Positions 60,030-64,000 of a stretch of 64,000 nt of DNA are shown here, piece by piece. This DNA comes from an uncultured Holophagales bacterium (lineage in GTDB: Bacteria; Acidobacteriota; Thermoanaerobaculia; Multivoradales; UBA5704): contig CAWJGT010000012.1 of NCBI GenBank assembly GCA_963842525.1, forward strand, positions 68,809 to 132,808, given 5' to 3'. A program made the translations under genes and the position numbers. Below the pieces are notes generated by a model. That model did no database searches. It saw only the letters and a list, made by a program, of their open reading frames with translations, and was not told where the DNA came from. Numbering within the stretch: position 1 is the stretch's first letter; the number at the start of each line of letters is the position of its first letter.

Positions 60030-60270
60030 TTACACGCGATCACCGATCGACGAGTCGATGAAGATGTTGCGGCGTTTGAAGGATACCGGTGCCGTCCGCA
60101 GCAGGTGCAACCGCAGGCCCGCCGGAGGGGTGGCGAAGCGCGGCGTTTCCAAAGGCTCGACATCGCGCACCCACTCGGAGGGCGGTACGTCCTGCCGGTG
60201 AGTGGCGAGCTCCACCATTGCCGCCACATAGTTCCGGAAGTACTGGAGCTGCAATGATCGGCCGGCCATG
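60030..60270 (-). pseudogene. C-terminal remnant of a probable cognate antitoxin
   Basis: NYVAAMVE...PPSEWVRDVEPLETP.F...FKRRNIFID; ends 2 nt before the NTase ATG; N-terminus missing. Confidence 0.55.
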
Positions 60271-60519
60271 GACCCACCATCGCACAAGGACGTGGTGGCC
60301 TTGAGCTGTTCATAGACGAGGCGCTGGAAGAAAATTTTGATCGTCACTCCGGAGCCCATTGAAGGCGGGCTCTTACGGTATGTTGACATCAGGGACATGC
60401 CCCGTACCAGGCACCCTGGTTGGGATGACCACGCCACCCGCCCACCTCTCGTCGGCCAGCTCCCGCGCGACAGCAGCCGCCCGGTTTCGTTTCCGGAAAC
60501 GTTATCCGACTCCCGCAGC

Positions 60520-63500
60520 CTGGCGGGGACGGCGGCGCCATCCGACCACCCGCGCCAGGTTGAACCCGCCGCGGCGACGGCAACGTCCCCGCCACCCACC
60601 CGCGTCCTCGGAGACTTCCCGTGAAGGCGCGCCCCCACCAGCTCGCTGACGCACACGCCACCACCCCGCGCGCCAAGCAGCCCAGGCGGGGACGACGACG
60701 CCATCCACCCACCCGTGCAAGCTCCACCCGCGCGCGGGGACGGCGGCCGTCTTTTGAAAAGGCCGGGTGGCCGCACCGAAGCCTACGGCCGTGAAAAGCC
60801 GGCCTCCGGTCCTCCGGCGCGCCCACCCAATTCCACACCCGCCCGCCCATTTGATGGGGAAGGCCTGCGAGCGTTCGTGCCCCGCCAGAGAAGCTCCGGC
60901 TCGGCCCACCCAGCCGCCCACCCGCTCCGCCGACCGGAGCTACTCTGGCGGTAGAGCCACTGTGGTCCCCGCAGCTTTCCGCCCCGCAGATCGGCTCCGC
61001 GCAGGCGCTCCGCCGAACTGCTCCCGCCCTCTCTGCGCTCAGCCTCTTCGCCGTCGGAGCCTCCATCCTGAAAGGCCGGGTGGCCGCTCCGAAGCCTGCG
61101 GCCGTGAAAAGCCGGCCTCCGGTCCTCCGGCGCGCCCACCCAATTCCACGCCCGCCCGCCCATTTGATGGAGAGGGCCTGCGAGCCGCCGTGCCCCGCCG
61201 ATGCAGCTCCGTGCGGGGGCGTACTCGCTCCATCGGCGGTAGAGCCATCGTGGCCCCTTCAGCTTTCCGCCCCGCAGCTTGACTCCGCGCGGGGCGCTCC
61301 GCAACCTGCTCCCGCCCTCTCTGCGCTCAGCCTCTTCGCCGACGGAGCCTCCATCCTGTAAGGCCGGGGTGTCCGTCCTGGAGCCTGCGGCCGTGAACAG
61401 CTGGCCTCCGGTCCTCCAGGACGCCCACCCCGATTCCACACCCGCCCGCCCATTTGATGGAGAGGGCCTGCGAGCCGCCGTGCCCCGCCGATGCAGCTCC
61501 GTGCGGGGGCGTACTCGCCCCATCGGCGGTAGAGCCATCGTGGCCCCTTCAGCTTTCCGCCCCGCAGCTTGACTCCGCGCGGGGCGCTCCGCAACCTGCT
61601 CCCGCCCTCTCTGCGCTCAGCCTCTTCGCCGACGGAGCCTCCATCCTGTAAGGCCGGGGTGTCTGTCCTGGAGCCTGCGGCCGTGAACAGCTGGCCTCCG
61701 GTCCTCCAGGACGCCCACCCCGATTCCACACCCGCCCGCCCATTTGATGGAGAGGGCCTGCGGCCGTGAAATGCCGTCCTCCGGTCCTCCGGCGCGCCCA
61801 CCCAATCCCCGGCCGCCCACCCCATTTTGATTTCCCCCGCGCGCGGGATCGGCACAGTGCACGTGACCACCACCCAGGCCGACCACTCACGTGCACAGTG
61901 CGCGACCCGCTCCACCCCCGCGAGCTCCATCTGCGAGTGGGGACGGCGGCCGTCTTTTAAAAAGGCCGGGTGGCCACGCCGGAGCCTGCAGCCGTGAAAA
62001 GCCGGCCTCCGGTCCTCCGGCGCGCCCACCCAATCCCCGGCCGCCCACCCCATTTTGATTTCCCCCGCGCGCGGGACCGGCACAGTGCACGTGACCACCA
62101 CCCCGCCCGCCCACTCACGAGCACAGTGCGCGACCCGCTCCACCCCCGCGAGCTCCATCCGGGGCGGTGACGGCGGCCGTCTTTTGAAAAGGCCGGGTGG
62201 CCGCCCCGAAGCCTGCGGCCGTGAAAAGCCGTCCTCCGGTCCTCCGGCGCGCCCACCCAATCCCCGGCCGCCCACCCCATTTTGATTTCCCCCACGCGCG
62301 GGATCGGCACAGTGCACGTGACCACCACCCCGGCCCACCACTCACGTGCACAGTGCGCGACCCGCTCCACCCCCGCAGCCTCCACCGCGGGTGGGGACGG
62401 CGGCCGTCTTTTAAAAAGGCCGGGTGGCCGCGCCAGAGCCTGCAGCCGTGAAAAGCCGGCCTCCGGTCCTCCGGCGCGCCCACCCATTCCCCGGCCGCCC
62501 ACCCCATTTTGATTTCCCCCGCGCGCGGGATCGGCACAGTGCACGTGACCACCACCCCGGCCGACCACTCACGAGCACAGTGCGCGACCCGCTCCACCCG
62601 CGCGAGTTCCATCGGCGGGCGGTGACGGCGGCCGTCTTTTGAAAAGGCCGGGTGGCCGCCCCGGAGCCTGCGGCCGTGAACTGCCGTCCTCCGGTCCTCC
62701 GGCGCGCCCACCCATTCCCCGGCCGCCCGCCCATTTTGATCTCCCCCGCGCGCGGGATCGGCACAGTGCACGTGACCACCACCCAGGCCGACCACTCACG
62801 AGCACAGTGCGCGACCCGCTCCACCCATCAAGCAAGGTCCGGCAGATTGGCTCCGCTGGCCGCTGAAGCCATGCCTTCGAAGACCGCTGCGCCAACCTGC
62901 CGGGTTTACTTCGATCACCCCGCCCCACCCGTCCCCCTCCGGCCCCTCAAGGGACCTCAGCCCACAAGGCCGGGTGGCCGCGCCAGAGCCTGCGGCCGTG
63001 AACTGCCGTCCTCCGGTCCTCCGGCGCGCCCACCCATTCCCCGGCCACCCGCCCATTTCGATTTCCCCCCCGCCCTCGCAGCTTGACTCCGCTAGCGCTC
63101 CGCAACCTGCTCCCACCCGCTCGATGCTCCCCTCTGCAGGTGGGAGCGGGCAACCTGTCTCCATGCGGAGCTGTCGTGATGGCGCGCCCCCACAAAGGCG
63201 CTGGCGCAAAACCCACCACCCCGCGCGCCGGGCAGCCGCCGCGGCGAAGGCAGCGTCCCGCCACCCGCGCGAGGTCCATCCAGCCGTGGCGTTGGCAACC
63301 TCCCCTCGCCCGCCCGCGTCCTCGGAGCTGCCGCGAAGGCGCGCCCCCACGAAGGCGCTGGCGCAAAGCCCGCCGCCCCGCGCGCCGGGCACCGCCGCGG
63401 CGAAGGCAGCGTCCCACCGTCCTCTCTCCGGCATATTTTTCGTGGTGATGGCAGCCGTGTTTCAACAAGGCCGGGTGGCCGCTCCGGAGCCTGAGGTTGT

Positions 63501-63890
63501 GGAAAGCCAGCCGTCGATCCTCCGGGCGCCCACCCAATCCCCGTTCCGCCCACCCATTTTGATTTCCCCCACCCTCCGGCCCGGGAGCTGCCCGCCCCTG
63601 GCTCCGGCGGGGGCGGCTCCCCCTCCCCGCACGGGCGTTCGTCCGATAAGAACTGCATTATCGGACGAACGCCCTGCGCCACTCCCCGCCTACGGGCTCC
63701 GCCTTAACATAATGAAGCACTATGTTAACCAGGGGCGGGCACCTACCCGGGCCTCCCCCGCAACAAGGTCCGGCAGATTGACTCCGCAGGCCAATGGAGC
63801 CATGCCTTCGAAGCGCTCCGCCAACCTGCCGGGTTTATTCGACCACCCCGCCCCTCCCATCCCCCTCCGGCCCCTGCAAGGGGCCTCGGC
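60520..63890. repeat. Modular non-coding repeat region: ~75-nt core x11, ~290-bp units and ~228-bp units
   Basis: Marker GCCGTGAA at 60788, 61101, 61390, 61680, 61763, 61991, 62218, 62445, 62673 and 62995 (degenerate ~63495); ~125-bp direct repeat at ~62833 and ~63764. Confidence 0.92.
63633..63728. other. Two palindromes built from Xer/dif-like half sites
   Basis: GGGCGTTCGTCCGATAA-N8-TTATCGGACGAACGCCC and TTAACATAA-N7-CTATGTTAA. Confidence 0.55.
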
Positions 63891-64000
63891 CTCCGCCCAC
63901 CCCTCGAATCAGCCTTTTCGCCCCCTCAAAATCGAGGAAAACCCAATCCCGGCGGGCCTTTTCCCTGTGGAAAAAACGGAACTGGTTTCGTTTTCGGAGC

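Noticed and set aside
60780-63060. CRISPR array
   Set aside because: The repeats (~75 nt) and inter-repeat segments (mostly 150-250 nt) are too long, the segments are homologous to each other, and no cas genes are present.
60337-63682. The many overlapping ORFs in the repeat region
   Set aside because: Unit lengths of 227, 289 and 290 are not multiples of three, the translations are Arg/Gly/Pro-rich, and there is no RBS or domain signal.

Overview
This is a high-GC bacterial chromosomal window. Gene content suggests Acidobacteriota, probably Thermoanaerobaculia; that is an inference from the short PheT and a repeated lineage-typical C-terminal domain. The backbone is housekeeping: two tRNA-Val, thrS-infC-rpmI-rplT-pheS-pheT-zapB-like, zapA-6S RNA-rny-ymdB, pyrD, moeA, dprA-topA and rpmE-DUF1385-prfA. 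Accessory genes are interspersed: secreted proteases, GT-C glycosyltransferases, several toxin-antitoxin pairs and an Omp85 operon. Many genes, including essential prfA, carry small frameshifts, which I read as long-read indel errors rather than pseudogenes. The most unusual items are: (1) a HipA-like kinase next to a DUF3037 protein fused to a LuxR HTH, facing two tandem membrane-anchored TIR proteins; (2) a ~3.4 kb modular non-coding repeat array ending in Xer/dif-like symmetric palindromes; (3) two unrelated intergenic arrays of quasi-palindromic cores with ~21-bp spacing; (4) a secreted FAMeT-like/FKBP fusion; (5) three small secreted Cys-rich peptides, one missed by the ORF track; (6) a REP doublet inserted in-frame inside a membrane-protein gene. 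All family calls come from motif recognition by eye, not database searches.
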